This document shows positions 62,121-64,000 of a DNA stretch of 64,000 bases, piece by piece (the stretch's first letter is position 1; each line of letters opens with the position of its first letter). This DNA comes from Bugula neritina (taxonomy: Eukaryota > Animalia > Bryozoa), in contig OZ037770.1 in the NCBI GenBank assembly GCA_964035545.1, positions 14,622,642-14,686,641 of the forward strand. The letters are read 5' to 3'. Both the position numbers and the translations under genes were made by a program. The notes beneath the pieces were generated by a model that saw only the letters and a program-made list of their open reading frames with translations, was not told the origin of the DNA and did not search any database.

Positions 62121-64000
62121 AAACTTACTTGCTGATGGCGTGAGTTTTATAATTGGAAAGTTTTAGTCTCTCTGGTAAAAGTATCTCATTCAGTGGTAAG
62201 CATTGCTTGTGATCTTCAGAGATTTGATTTTGCATGCCGAGTTTATACGGATATCTACCGGTTAGCATTGCAGTCCTTGACCTGAAGAAGATAGTTTTTA
62301 GGACACTGCATACGCGTCATAATATTATTACAGTATGTTTCACTCTACACTCAACCATCGATGATGATAGAAATATTTTTGTAACAAAAGAAAATGTCTA
62401 AAGTAAAAACGGTTGCACTAGAAATTCTTCTTACATAAAAGGTTAGATATTCAGTTTGAAAAGTGTACTAAGTTGTCTATGAATACGAAGTGTGACCATA
62501 CATACCACAATGTAAATATTGACATATTTAAAATATATTATTATAAATACTAGTATACTGTAATTAGAAATCACCCCATGTCATAACATAACGCCATTTA
62601 TAAGCTAACCCTGCACAATTTATGTCGCGTATCCATACAGTAACTACTCTACTAATCTGCTTTAATCTCCTCCATTAAAAGTAAAGGGCAATTAAATATC
62701 ACAACCTAAAATTTTACTATTTGATGAATTCACACAACTTGTAGCTAGTTTATCCAGGCCAACTCAACTGCAGAGAGAGTTACTACCGTAGTACTAGCCC
62801 AAATATATTTTACTTGCTTACTCTACACCAAACTTATATTACTGTAGATATACTCCAAAAATTATATTTACAATATTATCCTTTATACGTATATAACACT
62901 CCTGCCTAATAACAGTATATCTAACTCTATGATCTACGTATCCACATGGAGTATCGTATTATATATTATACTAATTTAAATATGCTAAATTTATATTATT
63001 TTAAGCAACCCTAATGTCCATATAACCTATATATTGTATATGAGACCTATATTACATATATATGACGCCTACATTATACATACGACCCATATTATATAGA
63101 TGACCTATATTATAAACATATGACCCATAATATATAGATGACCCATATTATATACATATGACCCATATTATATAGATGACCTATTTTATTCATATTATCT
63201 ATGTTATATTTGACCTATATTTCATTTGACCTGTATTACTCACGGAGAACAGGTTGATTGGACGTAAGAAGCATTAATGATGACACCTTCACTAGCCAGC
63301 TTGTCTATGTTTGGAGACAGAATGTCGCTGTTTCTGTAGCCAACATCTGAGAAACCTGCAGAATTTGGTTGAAATTAGTATGTACTTTACAAATTGTGTA
63401 AAATTGAATTAGCTCTTTTCAGCTTTTAATCAAACATTCAAACCTAACAAAGAAACTAAAGTGTTTATCCGAGGTTTGAAAAGTTTATCTGATGTGTCTT
63501 TGCCTATAATGTTTAATAGTCAGCAAACCCGAATATGCAATCAAGCTTGCAATTTATGAGCAATGCTTGTAAAGCGTTGCTCATAGCGCCAAAACATTGC
63601 ATTAAACTTGCTTACGAAAAAGTATACTAGTTAAAAATAATTGCAATAAAAATATGCGTTAGATAAAGTTAAACCTCAACAGCAACGCTGGCATTCCAGG
63701 TTTAAATAATTAATACAACTGTATATTCGTAAACAGTTATTTTAGGAGTTTTCGTGGCTTTAAAGTATAATAGCTTTCTCATAGCTTTTTTACTAGTCAG
63801 TGTTTTCCCCCTGCAGTAATCAATCAAATGAATAAAGTATTCTAAAACTACAAAATATAAGTAACGTAATCAGATCTACAGTTATCAAAATAGTCAACTA
63901 TAACATACATACCCAGGTCATCAACAACTATGAATACAATATTTGGTGCGGCAGAGACAGCTGTCAGTAAGACAGCGTTGATCAAGAGAACGTGTTTTAG

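Overview
AT-rich, intron-rich animal (invertebrate-like) genomic DNA, not prokaryotic. Most ORF-track entries are exon fragments or microsatellite noise. Manual splicing with phase-consistent junctions gives seven gene models. (1) Three tandem + strand paralogues (<443-4328, 14533-27304, 29438-36449) of an uncharacterised type II membrane protein with glycosyltransferase-like motifs. (2) A signal peptide + NHL-like propeller + sushi + TM receptor-like gene (5866-11607). (3) A GT7 beta-1,4-GalNAc/Gal-transferase, bre-4-like (38556-42413). (4) A 25-exon, ~1645-aa low-complexity orphan gene with an RFX X-box just before its ATG (43870-57165). (5) An arylsulfatase B-like gene on the - strand (58135->64000) with a 17-bp frameshifting duplication and an in-frame TGA. 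Introns hold tRNA-derived SINE-like elements (one as a palindromic head-to-head pair), MITEs, a solo LTR, a 76-bp perfect palindrome and minisatellites. An RTE-like insertion with target-site duplication lies just past the paralogue 1 stop codon. Two minisatellites are amplified gene-structure signals: a splice donor and a stop codon. The best candidate for an undescribed system is a glycan-modification neighbourhood: three putative novel glycosyltransferases, a LacdiNAc synthase and a sulfatase. All gene models were made by eye and need RNA-seq confirmation.
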